A stretch of 64,000 nucleotides of DNA from Ostreococcus lucimarinus (Eukaryota): assembly GCA_000092065.1 (NCBI GenBank), contig CP000589.1; one strand, 5' to 3'. The position numbers were made by a program, and so were the translations under genes. Shown one piece after another: positions 26,249 through 35,458 of the stretch; the first letter of the stretch is position 1; each line of letters starts with the position of its first letter. The notes under the pieces were generated by a model. That model had not been told where the DNA came from. It saw only the letters and a list, made by a program, of their open reading frames with translations, and ran no database searches.

Positions 26249-27973
26249 TCATCGCTCCTTCTTACTCTCGTTTTCGGTCGCATCGTCCTTCTTACTCTCG
26301 TCTTCGGCGCCGGCGTCGGCGACGTAGCCGAATTCATTCGCGCGAGTTTCGTCGACGCGATAGACGCGTCTCTGATACAAGAATAAGAGGAAGATGACGT
26401 CGTCTCTGAAGACGGAAATGCGGTGAAGTGTGGGCATCTTGATGACGAAGGCGAATAAGTCGTCGATGATGGTGTTTAGGAACTTGTAGCCCATCTGTTT
26501 CCACGGCATAGCGGCGACGCTCTTGAGTTTGTAGTTGACGTACAGCTGAGGCGTCATGCTGATGAAACCAAAAGTATAGACAGCCCCGACGAGCGTACTC
26601 AGGACGAACGACCACCAACCTTTGTGTTCGTGCGTGCGCAGGCTGTACACGGCGTATACTCCCACGAGTGGATATAGCGCGTACGACAAATAGCGCATGG
26701 CGTCCGCGTCGTGTCGAGCGGTGTCGCTCTTGAGCGCGCTCGCCTTGTCGGCGACGCGAAGCCGCGGAAAGCGTCCGTCTCGATCAACAGAGACGTCCAT
26801 CGCGCGCGTCACCTTCCAAAACTCAATAACGACGCCCAAACCACTGGAAATAAGTATCATCCACGACGTTTCGTTGTCGCACAGGTACAAAAAGATGACG
26901 AGCTGACAAAAGGCGTTCAAAAGAACGCTTCGAGCGGACAATCCTTCGAGACTTTTGCGATTTCGCCAAAACTGCACGTCGTGTTTGAATGCAAAGAAAT
27001 CAAATATCGTGTGTAGCAAACTCACAACTGTCGTCACCGCGAGCAACGTCGGATTTCCTTCGAGAAACACGCGCTTCATGTTGTCCGCGTCGTGTTCTCC
27101 CGCCGCGCCGAACGCGCGTTGCGTCGACCACGTCTGCTCCATGGACTCTTCCATCTGCCAACGAAACTGAGAAATCGTCTCGAGGTTCAAGTTTATCTTC
27201 ATCTCGCGCGCGCTCGTTTCGTTCAGCTCGCGCAGATGGCTCTTGATGATCCAAAACTCGTTAAAATACACCGTGGGATAGTATCCCGACCGCCGCTCGT
27301 CCGAAAATCGCATTCGCCTCGCCAGGATGTCTGGAATCGTCGCCCCGCGATACGCCGCGAAATCATCCACCACGGTCAACGTCGCGTTGGGTTTATAATA
27401 CGCCTGATAATACTCCATCCCATCTTCCAACCCCTCCGTCCCGTCCTCGCGCGGCTCCGCCCGCGCCGAATCCTCGCCCAAGAGCTTCCTCCTTCGCGCG
27501 ACTCTTCGTCTTCGCCAAATCGTCGCGTCGAAAGACACTCGCAAAACGTCCCCATCGTCGTACCCCTCGTCCGCCGGATCCAGCGACGCGCCTAAACGCG
27601 AAACGATCGCGTGCAATTTCACGCTCACGTTTCTCGCCACCGCGTCCACGAGCGCGACCCCGAGATCCAACTCGACGTCGCGCGTCGCCGACGCCAGCGG
27701 CGCCGTCGTCCCCCACAGCGGCGTCTCCGCGTGAAAATTCACGCTCGACGCCTCGTAATCCTCCGCGAGCGCGTGCACGCGCACGTCAACGACTTCGTCC
27801 CGGCGCCACAGGTTCCGACAGACGTCCGCGTACGCCGTCGTCGTCGTCGTCGTCGTCGCGACGTCTTGGAACGCTTTCGGCGCGGAAACCGTCGTCAAGC
27901 TTCGCGTCAGGCGCACGGCGAAGCCGTACATCGCCGCGAGGCGCGCGATCTTGAGCGCGCTCTGCGCTCGCGA

Positions 27974-28007
<34 letters not shown>

Positions 28008-28018
28008 TCGGTCGACAT
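26249..28018 (-). CDS. CLPTM1 (cleft lip and palate transmembrane protein 1-like) family membrane protein, 589 aa
   Basis: The track start at 28036 is GTG; ATG is at 28018 (MSTDAAPAP). CLPTM1-type core: YYPTVYFNEFW, GNPTLLAVTTVVSLLHTIFDFFAFKHDVQFWRNRKSLEGLSARSV, MPWKQMGYKFLNTIIDDLFAFVIKMPTLHRISVFRDDVIFLLFLYQRRVYRVD. Confidence 0.85.
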
Positions 28019-28039
28019 CGCGGCGCGGCGCGGCACACG

Positions 28040-28480
28040 ATGACGCCGCTCGAAGACGAAATCGCGTCGAGAATCGCGCGACAGCGCGCGCTGGCGCGCG
28101 CGAACGCCGCGGAGTTGGCGTGCGCGACGCTCGCGTTGACGCCGCGCGCGCGGCTGCGCGAGGCGCGGGCCGCGGCGGAAGAGATGGCGAACGCGTCGGC
28201 GGACGCGGCGACCGTTAGAGCGCGCGTTCGCGATTGGCGCGACGCGCAGAGGCGCGCCGAGGACGCGCGCGCGAAGGAAACGACGCGAGCGATGGACAGT
28301 GAACGACGCGCGCGCGCGCGGGAGGCGACGGTGGCGCGAGAGGCGCGAGAGACGAGGATCAGAGCGCGCGCGGCGTCGAAGGCGCGGCGACGCGCCGAAG
28401 CGGAGGCGGCGAACGCGCGAGCGGCGAACGCGCGAGCGACGAGTCGCGCGGCGAACGAGGCGATGATTTCGTTATTTCAG
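28040..28480 (+). CDS. Hypothetical Arg/Ala-rich coiled-coil protein, exon 1 (147 codons)
   Basis: ATG at 28040 (MTPLEDEIASR). The exon ends ...ISLFQ with a complete codon CAG, immediately followed by GTGCGC. Confidence 0.6.
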
Positions 28481-28565
28481 GTGCGCATCGCGACGCGCGA
28501 ATGGGTCGGTGAACGACGGAGGGACTGACGACGCGCTCGTTTCGTTTGGTTCGCGCGCGAGGCAG
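28481..28565 (+). other. Spliceosomal intron (85 nt, GT..AG, phase 0)
   Basis: 5' splice site is CAG|GTGCGC at 28481. The branch-like ACTGAC is at 28523-28528. The 3' splice site GGCAG|GCT ends at 28565. Splicing joins track ORF 27611..28528 in frame to ORF 28509..28898, which has no ATG anywhere and so cannot stand alone. Confidence 0.6.
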
Positions 28566-28898
28566 GCTCGAGACGCGCAAACGGTACGACGACGCCGCGA
28601 CGCCATCGCGGCGTTAGACGTGGAAATAGCCGAGCGCGAATTGCGATTGGAAACTGCGACGGCGCGCGCGCGCCCGTTCGTGCACCGCTCGAGAGAACGC
28701 TTGTCGAGTTGGACGGAGGCCGCCGCGCGCCGTTTCGTGGCGACGACGCTCGAGCGCGAGCGCGTCGAGGATCTCGACGTTTTCGCGCGCGCCGCGCGTC
28801 AGGGGTGGGTCTTAGACGCGCACAAGTACCGTCGCACCGCGCCGCGTTGGCGCGTGTTAGATCCTCGATGCGGCGGCGTCGTCATTCGCGAGTATTAA
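28566..28898 (+). CDS. Hypothetical protein, exon 2 (110 codons + stop)
   Basis: Begins ARDAQTVRRRRDAIAALDVEIAERELRLE and ends ...RWRVLDPRCGGVVIREY with a stop at 28896-28898. It has no internal Met. Confidence 0.6.
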   Translation, partial: ARDAQTVRRRRDAIAALDVEIAERELRLETATARARPFVHRSRERLSSWTEAAARRFVATTLERERVEDLDVFARAARQGWVLDAHKYRRTAPRWRVLDPRCGGVVIREY

Positions 28899-28985
28899 GT
28901 CGCGCGTCTGGGTAGTTAGAGTAGCTCGTCCCGAACAACAGTCGTTGATCGTCCGACTTCAGACGCCGCCTCTCGCCTCGCCACG

Positions 28986-31820
28986 ATGCGCGCGAACCGC
29001 GACCGCGCGTTTCACGGCATACACTCCGACGCCACCGTCGCCGGAAGCGACGGCGCCGCGCCGCGTCGTCGCGACGAGCGCGAGCTCACCGAGCTCGACG
29101 TCTTCGGGACGCTCAAGGAAAAGCACCACAAAAACACCGTGAAAACGATGCGCGCGATGTACGCGGACGTCCGCGAGCGACGGCGAAGGGCGATGGAAGA
29201 TTTAACGCCGCTCCAACGCCGGGCGCGGGCGAGCGGAGGCGTGAATCCGTTCGATTGGTCGGATGGACACGTGGGACACTTTTACGAGTTCATGGTGGCG
29301 GAGAACGCGGCGAGCGAACGAGGAGCGAAGTCGCGCGCCATGGTGTTCGAGAGACAGGATGAGTCGGGACAAAACGTGGTGGAGGAATTATTCGATAGTT
29401 TTAGGGCGGACTACGCGGATCGGTGGCGGGCGGAGGTGGTGTGCGGGATCGACGCGAGCGCGGGGGCGTGCGAGCGGTATAGGGACGCCGCGGCGGAGGC
29501 GTGCGAAGCGTTGCTGGGAGACGACGACGCACGAGAGATGGGGGCGTGCGAGACGTATTTGCACACGTATGGGATCGTGCACGAGCATTGGCACGTGGAA
29601 GATTACGTGCAGGCCAGGAATACGTTGGGATACTCAAAGCCAAAGATGGAGGCGCCAAAGCGATATCCGGCGAATTTGTGGGGAGACTCGGTCTTGGCGC
29701 GCTCGAGAAACGGGGAATGTTCGGCCTGTAGTACTCAAGTGATCACTCTTCAAGGATATGTCGACGTGGATGTGGGGACGACCTATTCTTTAGGCGCCGA
29801 GCGAGAGGACAAGTGGGTGTTCGACGCCGAGCGATGGGCGCACGACGTACCAATGACAAAGTTCAAAATTGCGAAGACGTGTTGCACGAACGCGCAATTC
29901 GCGTGCTTTGTCGAAACAGGAGGTTATGCCGACAGAAGTCTTTGGAGTCACGAAGGGTGGCGATGGGTGGAAAAACGACGCGCCGCGGGTGAATTGTTGG
30001 CGCCTCTCGGTTGGAAAGTGTCGCCGTGCGTGAAATTCTTAAGCAACGGCGAAGAAGCACCCGCGTGTGAGAGTTGGCGATGTGCGTACTTTGATGAAGC
30101 GCCACGCGCACTACATCCGCAGCACCCTGTGTGCCACGTGTCGTGGTACGAAGCCGAGGCGTATTGTAACTGGATTGGCGCACGTTTACCGACTGAGGCG
30201 GAATGGGAAGCAGCCGCGAGAACGACGACGAGTTGGTCGACGGACAAACAAACCACAAAGCGTCGCACGTATCCGTGGGGTGAAGAATCTCCTTCAGAAG
30301 ACAAAGCAAATCTTGGTGGACACTTTGGAGGTACTATTGATGTCAGTGCTTTGGGTGCGGGCGATAGCGCGCACGGTTGCCGACAGATGTTGGGCAACGT
30401 TTGGGAATGGACGGCGTCGGCTTTCCTGCCTTTTCCCGGTTTTCAAATGGACTACCCGTATCGCGAAAACAGCTGTCCGTGGTTTGGGTATAGAAAAGTC
30501 GTCAAAGGCGGGTGTTGGGCGACGAGCGCGCCCATCGCGCGTGCGGCATATAGACACTCGTTTTGGCCGCACATGCACAACACGTTCAGTGGATTTCGCG
30601 CCGCTATCGGTGGCTCGCAAAAGCGCGCGCTTTGCATTCTTCCGCAAAAAATACAGAGCGGCGCAAAATGTGGCAACGTGGTCACGATGGAAAGAATTTC
30701 TTCGCATCTCGAGAAGAATCACATCATGAGCATCACGCGTTCGATTTTTGATCTGCCGCAGTCAAAGGAGGATTTGGCGAACATAATACACGCGATGAAC
30801 GTCGATTTGATCATCGTCTTGCACGCTTTCAAGTGCGGTGCCGTGATCGATACCGTACAGGCATATAAAGACATGCTCCCGCCTATCGTTCTAGTGCTCG
30901 GCGGCACCGACGTCAACGTGGATTCTCGAAAGTCTGCGCTCGCTGAGGAACAATTTCGCCGACGCGTTGACGTCGCGACAAAAGTTGTCTCGTTTTCCTT
31001 GTCCATGATAGAAGCCGCACCCAAAGGTGCGTTGAAATTTATCGAGTCGGACTCGACATCTAAAACCAAACTGATACCGCAAGGAGTCATGCTCCCGAGC
31101 ACGTTGAAGGCTTCAAAGCGCAAAAGGCTTGCAGATGAAACTGTGGAAACACCCGGCGAGCTTCAAGGCACCTCGCGGCCTGCGGACCTATCGATACCGA
31201 TCATGTTCCTACCTGCGGGATTACGCCCAGTCAAGGACGTGTGCTTCATAAACGACGCATTGACTGCGTATAACTCAAATGGAATCAAAGCACATCTGAC
31301 TGTGTGCGGCCCTTTCCTCGATTCGGCGTACGCGAAACGCGTGCGATGTCAGTTTGACGGTCGTTCCGATTGTACCTTGCTAGCAGGTGTCGATCGCGCG
31401 ACGCTTGTAAGGTTCATCGGCGAGGCGAAAGTTTTGTTGAACACCTCGGTATCGGAAGGTCAAAGCGGAACCATCGCTGAAGCGATGATGGTGGGGACTT
31501 TAGTCTTCGCGCGAGATATTCCAGGCAATCGTCAGCTCTTTGAGTTGTGCGAAGCGAGAGCGCTCGCAGCACTCGGTCCTGCGACGATAAAGGAGATGAA
31601 GGGCGATGGATGGGAGGTTCACCCGGTGGGAGTACTATTCTCGACTCCAGAGGGTTGCATGCGCGCTTTCGAAGCATTAGGTCTCGAAAGAGAGTCGACC
31701 GAAGACGTGGATGTATCGTTGATTAGACTCCGCGCGCGCGAAGGCGTCGCCGAACTGTCATTGAACGAAGCGAAGCGTTGGACGGAAATTTTAGACGAAA
31801 TCACCGCGCACGGTTCATGA
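28986..31820 (+). CDS. Fusion protein: DinB-like + FGE-sulfatase domains (EgtB/OvoA/SenA-type sulfoxide/selenoxide synthase) joined to a C-terminal GT-B glycosyltransferase (SenB-like?), 944 aa
   Basis: ATG at 28986, followed by one uninterrupted ORF. DinB-type metal motifs are FDWSDGHVGHFYEF and GIVHEHWHVEDY (29580-29594). FGE/EgtB C-domain motifs are HPVCHVSWYEAEAYCNWIGARLPTEAEWEAAAR, YPWGE, GNVWEWTASAFLPFPGF, VKGGCWATS and NTFSGFRAA. The GT-B half has CILPQKIQSGAKCGNVVTMERI (N-terminal) and LNTSVSEGQSGTIAEAMMVGTLVFARDIPGN (C-terminal). Confidence 0.85.
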   Translation: MRANRDRAFHGIHSDATVAGSDGAAPRRRDERELTELDVFGTLKEKHHKNTVKTMRAMYADVRERRRRAMEDLTPLQRRARASGGVNPFDWSDGHVGHFYEFMVAENAASERGAKSRAMVFERQDESGQNVVEELFDSFRADYADRWRAEVVCGIDASAGACERYRDAAAEACEALLGDDDAREMGACETYLHTYGIVHEHWHVEDYVQARNTLGYSKPKMEAPKRYPANLWGDSVLARSRNGECSACSTQVITLQGYVDVDVGTTYSLGAEREDKWVFDAERWAHDVPMTKFKIAKTCCTNAQFACFVETGGYADRSLWSHEGWRWVEKRRAAGELLAPLGWKVSPCVKFLSNGEEAPACESWRCAYFDEAPRALHPQHPVCHVSWYEAEAYCNWIGARLPTEAEWEAAARTTTSWSTDKQTTKRRTYPWGEESPSEDKANLGGHFGGTIDVSALGAGDSAHGCRQMLGNVWEWTASAFLPFPGFQMDYPYRENSCPWFGYRKVVKGGCWATSAPIARAAYRHSFWPHMHNTFSGFRAAIGGSQKRALCILPQKIQSGAKCGNVVTMERISSHLEKNHIMSITRSIFDLPQSKEDLANIIHAMNVDLIIVLHAFKCGAVIDTVQAYKDMLPPIVLVLGGTDVNVDSRKSALAEEQFRRRVDVATKVVSFSLSMIEAAPKGALKFIESDSTSKTKLIPQGVMLPSTLKASKRKRLADETVETPGELQGTSRPADLSIPIMFLPAGLRPVKDVCFINDALTAYNSNGIKAHLTVCGPFLDSAYAKRVRCQFDGRSDCTLLAGVDRATLVRFIGEAKVLLNTSVSEGQSGTIAEAMMVGTLVFARDIPGNRQLFELCEARALAALGPATIKEMKGDGWEVHPVGVLFSTPEGCMRAFEALGLERESTEDVDVSLIRLRAREGVAELSLNEAKRWTEILDEITAHGS

Positions 31821-31938
31821 AGTAACTTATCATTTATTATTTCACGTATTATTTCCTCACCTAGTGCATCGCCGCGGCTAAGCAACCGAAGTTCACGACC
31901 GCCATTTCGTATTATTCGTTCGCTGACTATTTCTCTCT

Positions 31939-34725
31939 TCAGAGATGGTGCTCCTGCTGGCTCTTTCGCCTCTGAAACGACGCGAGAATATCCAGTTTTG
32001 CCCGTGTTTTCTCAGAGAATGGTGGCGCCGTGTTGTCGCCACCAGTGGATTGTGTCTGTCCAGGCAAGTAGTTTGCGTTAGCAGGTACGAGCGCGCCGAA
32101 CGGCTCGTAGTTCTTCAGAAGCCTCTCTAACTGTTCTGGACTTGCGTGTGTTGGAATCGGGGGATGATACAAACCCAAACGCCCTTTCGACATCAACTCG
32201 CTCTTCTCGCACTGGTACATGCGACACAGGAATGCTGTGCGAACTCGTCGTGATCGAGTCTCTGTTACTTCTGGCGATTGTGTGACTCGCATTTCGGGCA
32301 TCTCGTGGTCTGTTTTATCGTCCGTCGACCCGCCGTGTAGACCCGCGTTTTTAACGAAAGAAACATCATCTGTGGAATTCGCGAGCTGAGTCTGCGCAAT
32401 ACACAATCGCCTGATTCTTCGAATGGGAATGAGAGCGACCGCCCAGATACCAATGTTCGCCCAGAGTGTGGTAGAGATTCCGTCATCAAAGCGATAAAAC
32501 ACAAGACAGCCAAACAGGATTTGCAGCAGGTTGATCACTCGAGCAGTAATCGTGATGCCGAAGGAGTCCTCGCGGAGTTTCGGCGGCGCCGTGGTGAGAT
32601 ACAAACCTTGGTACTTTTTGCTCCAGTACAGCACGAATATCCCAAAGACGCCTACGGCGTAACTCACGGGAAGTGCCGGCGCGTAAATTGCCGATAGACC
32701 GAGAATCTTGAGCAACTCGGCGTACGAACGCGCCAGCTGGAAAGCTGGAGGTTGCACAAGACTCTCTTGCATCGACAACGTCTTCGACATTGGGGCGAGT
32801 ATTTTCACTTGGATAATGTGTTTGATGTTCATGTTCCTTAAAGGTAACAAGAGAACGTTGAACACTTGCAAATAGAACGCATATTCGACGAAACCACCGG
32901 GAACGTACCAGTTACACACACCATCTGCCTTCGACGAGCATCGATTGGTGATGATCGGAACGACGACGTAGTTGAGCAAGTTAACAAACGTCAACGTCGC
33001 GATCAGCATGTTTGTCTCAATCGTTTTCGTCTTATAAACCTCAAGTTGCGCGAGATAAACCGTCAATCGATCCAGCAAACCGTTAATGATAACCACTACG
33101 AGTGACGTGGAAGATGCGACGAGTTGCAGTCTGATGGACGAAGTCGTCGAAGCCGTAGATTGGAAAGCGACCTCGTTCGTAATGGTTTCGAGTTGATTAC
33201 TACGCAAGACCTCGAAAACGTACTGAATAACGCCTCCAACGCACAAAGCGCCCGCGAGCACGAACTTCGCCCCGATGGCGGTAGCCACAACCTCCCAGTT
33301 ACTGTCTCGTCGACGAAGGTGCTGCCAGTTGATATCGCTCGGTTCGGGCGCGCGAGTGACGATGAGTCGACGTCCGTTAAAGTCTGGTGAATGTTTGCCG
33401 GTGCATCGATCGATGATCGATTCTCCGTAATCGCCGCAGTGATCTTCGCAACAGTTGATCGCGTGCTGCTCGTAATTGAACGTCACCACGGCGCTCCCCA
33501 GATGCGAGTTGCCGTTTTCCCCGAGCGCCACGACCTTCGCCTTGAGTTCGGCAATTTTTGCATCCAACTTTACTAACGCTTCTCGCGTTGGTTTCGTACC
33601 TTTGAGTGCGATCATTCGATACAATTGTCGACGCAATAAGATGGATTTATTGATCTTCTCGTCCATGTTCGCGCCTTCGTTGTCATCGAGAATCGCCTGA
33701 ATTTCGTTTCTTCGCTGCACGGCGTTTTTGATTTCTCTCTCCATAGTCACGAGTCGTCGAGTGTTCGTAAGATGACAAACAGAAACAACCTCGCCGTAAT
33801 GCGAGAAAAAATCCGCGATTTGCTGTCGAGTCCACTCGTTCCCTTTTCCGAGCCCGGTGACGAGCACCGAGTAGTCGCTCGCGGTCACCACACTCGACTT
33901 GATGATCGCCGCCGCCGTCGCGCGATTACGAGTGTAAAACATGTCAAAGAGTAAAAACACCACAGTCACGACGATTGAAACCGCCTGAAACTCCTTAGGC
34001 GTTTTATTCACAGTGGCGGCGACCCGAGGTACGCAACACACCGCGGTCTGCGTCGTCGTCAGCACCTTCTCGAGCGTGCACGGATAGTGCGTCTGGCACG
34101 CATTCGTCGCGTCAAACGTCCCGATCGCTCCTTCGTAATCGCATCGCATCGGGCAGTTATAAAAACTCGCCAACGTCGGGACTCCACACCTCGACCCTTG
34201 ACTCGTGCTCAGCACAAAGCCGCCCGTCTCGTACGTCCTCGCGCACGTCGTCGTCGCGTCGGCTCCCGCCGTCGCGTCCCACCCCGTCACCGCGTACGAC
34301 GCCGTGAACGCCCTATCCGTCACGTTCGTCGTCAACGAGTACGCGTTGATTCCCGCGAGCACCACCGCGAGCAAACCGAACTGCAGCACCGTGTCCAGGT
34401 ACAGCGCCAGCGACACGCTGCTCGCGCCCACGCGTCTGTGACTCGCCGTCATCGAAAATCGCCGCGCGCTCGACGGCACCTGCACGCCGCGATGATCGAC
34501 GTCGTACTCCAGCACGCCCGCGCGCGCGTGCGCCCGCCTCGCGGCGGTCATCGCCGCGTCCGCGCGCGCCACCGGTCCGTCCTCGAGCGCGCCGAACGTC
34601 GTCGCCGCGCGCGACGTCGCGCGCGTCGCCCGGCGCTCGACCGCGCGCAGCTCCACGACGTCGGCGTCCGCGCCGTCGACGACGACGACGTCCGCGACGT
34701 CGTCCGTCGCCGCGGCCGTCGCCAT
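31939..34725 (-). CDS. OSCA/TMEM63/CSC1-family (RSN1_7TM) stress-gated cation channel homologue, 928 aa
   Basis: The track start at 34758 is GTG; ATG is at 34725 (MATAAATDD). The cytosolic RRM-like domain carries ASDYSVLVTGL and FFSHYGEV. VTRAPEPSDINWQHL is the family hallmark (APEPxDIxWxNL), followed by a multi-TM C-terminal block. Confidence 0.8.
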   Translation of the reverse strand: MATAAATDDVADVVVVDGADADVVELRAVERRATRATSRAATTFGALEDGPVARADAAMTAARRAHARAGVLEYDVDHRGVQVPSSARRFSMTASHRRVGASSVSLALYLDTVLQFGLLAVVLAGINAYSLTTNVTDRAFTASYAVTGWDATAGADATTTCARTYETGGFVLSTSQGSRCGVPTLASFYNCPMRCDYEGAIGTFDATNACQTHYPCTLEKVLTTTQTAVCCVPRVAATVNKTPKEFQAVSIVVTVVFLLFDMFYTRNRATAAAIIKSSVVTASDYSVLVTGLGKGNEWTRQQIADFFSHYGEVVSVCHLTNTRRLVTMEREIKNAVQRRNEIQAILDDNEGANMDEKINKSILLRRQLYRMIALKGTKPTREALVKLDAKIAELKAKVVALGENGNSHLGSAVVTFNYEQHAINCCEDHCGDYGESIIDRCTGKHSPDFNGRRLIVTRAPEPSDINWQHLRRRDSNWEVVATAIGAKFVLAGALCVGGVIQYVFEVLRSNQLETITNEVAFQSTASTTSSIRLQLVASSTSLVVVIINGLLDRLTVYLAQLEVYKTKTIETNMLIATLTFVNLLNYVVVPIITNRCSSKADGVCNWYVPGGFVEYAFYLQVFNVLLLPLRNMNIKHIIQVKILAPMSKTLSMQESLVQPPAFQLARSYAELLKILGLSAIYAPALPVSYAVGVFGIFVLYWSKKYQGLYLTTAPPKLREDSFGITITARVINLLQILFGCLVFYRFDDGISTTLWANIGIWAVALIPIRRIRRLCIAQTQLANSTDDVSFVKNAGLHGGSTDDKTDHEMPEMRVTQSPEVTETRSRRVRTAFLCRMYQCEKSELMSKGRLGLYHPPIPTHASPEQLERLLKNYEPFGALVPANANYLPGQTQSTGGDNTAPPFSEKTRAKLDILASFQRRKSQQEHHL

Positions 34726-34772
34726 GTCGACGCGCGTCGATCGGTGTCGTCGGCACACGACCGCGCGCGGCG

Positions 34773-35360
34773 ATGCGACGATGCGCGCGACGCGCGCTCG
34801 AGCGCGCGACGCGCGCGGCGACGGCGACGACGCGTCGAGGACGCGCGTCGTCGTCGGGCGACGCGCCGTCGAAGGCGACGAAGGCGACGACGACGACGCG
34901 CGACGACGGCGGGACGGAGAATCCGCTGCGCGGGGTGATGTTCCCGTGGGAGCGCGCGGTGCTGCACAGCGAGCGCTGGGCGGGGGAGCTGAAGCCGTGG
35001 CAGAAGGCGTACTGGGCGGCGTTCGCGCTGGGGTGCGCGTTCGTCGTCGGCGCGCGGGCGAAGCGGTATCACGACGATCAGGAGAGCGAAGAAGCGCGAC
35101 GGCGAACGATGGAGGCGAATAAACGCGCGCTGCGGGGCGCGCTCGAGGGGAGGAGTTTCATCGGCGCGAGCGGGGAGGACGAGGAGGACGAGGACGAAGA
35201 CCCGTTCGATGGGATGAGCCCGGAGGAAATCGAGGCGTTGGTGAAACGAGAGGCGGGACCGAGCGGGGACGTGTACGACGGGATGACGCCGGAGGAGATT
35301 AACGAGCACGAGGAAAAGTTTCGCGGGAAGGGAAATTTGACGTGGAAGACGAAGGCGTGA
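34773..35360 (+). CDS. Hypothetical small single-TM protein with acidic tail, 195 aa
   Basis: ATG at 34773. The candidate TM segment is WQKAYWAAFALGCAFVVGA. The acidic stretch is GEDEEDEDEDPFDGMSPEEIEALV. No family recognised. Confidence 0.55.
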   Translation: MRRCARRALERATRAATATTRRGRASSSGDAPSKATKATTTTRDDGGTENPLRGVMFPWERAVLHSERWAGELKPWQKAYWAAFALGCAFVVGARAKRYHDDQESEEARRRTMEANKRALRGALEGRSFIGASGEDEEDEDEDPFDGMSPEEIEALVKREAGPSGDVYDGMTPEEINEHEEKFRGKGNLTWKTKA

Positions 35361-35458
35361 GCGCGACGCGGGTGTTTCGCTCGCGCGGCTGGTGTGTTGT
35401 AATCTAGTTCTATTTCTATTCTAATCTAAACGCGGCGCGCGCTGTGCGCGCGCTGAAT

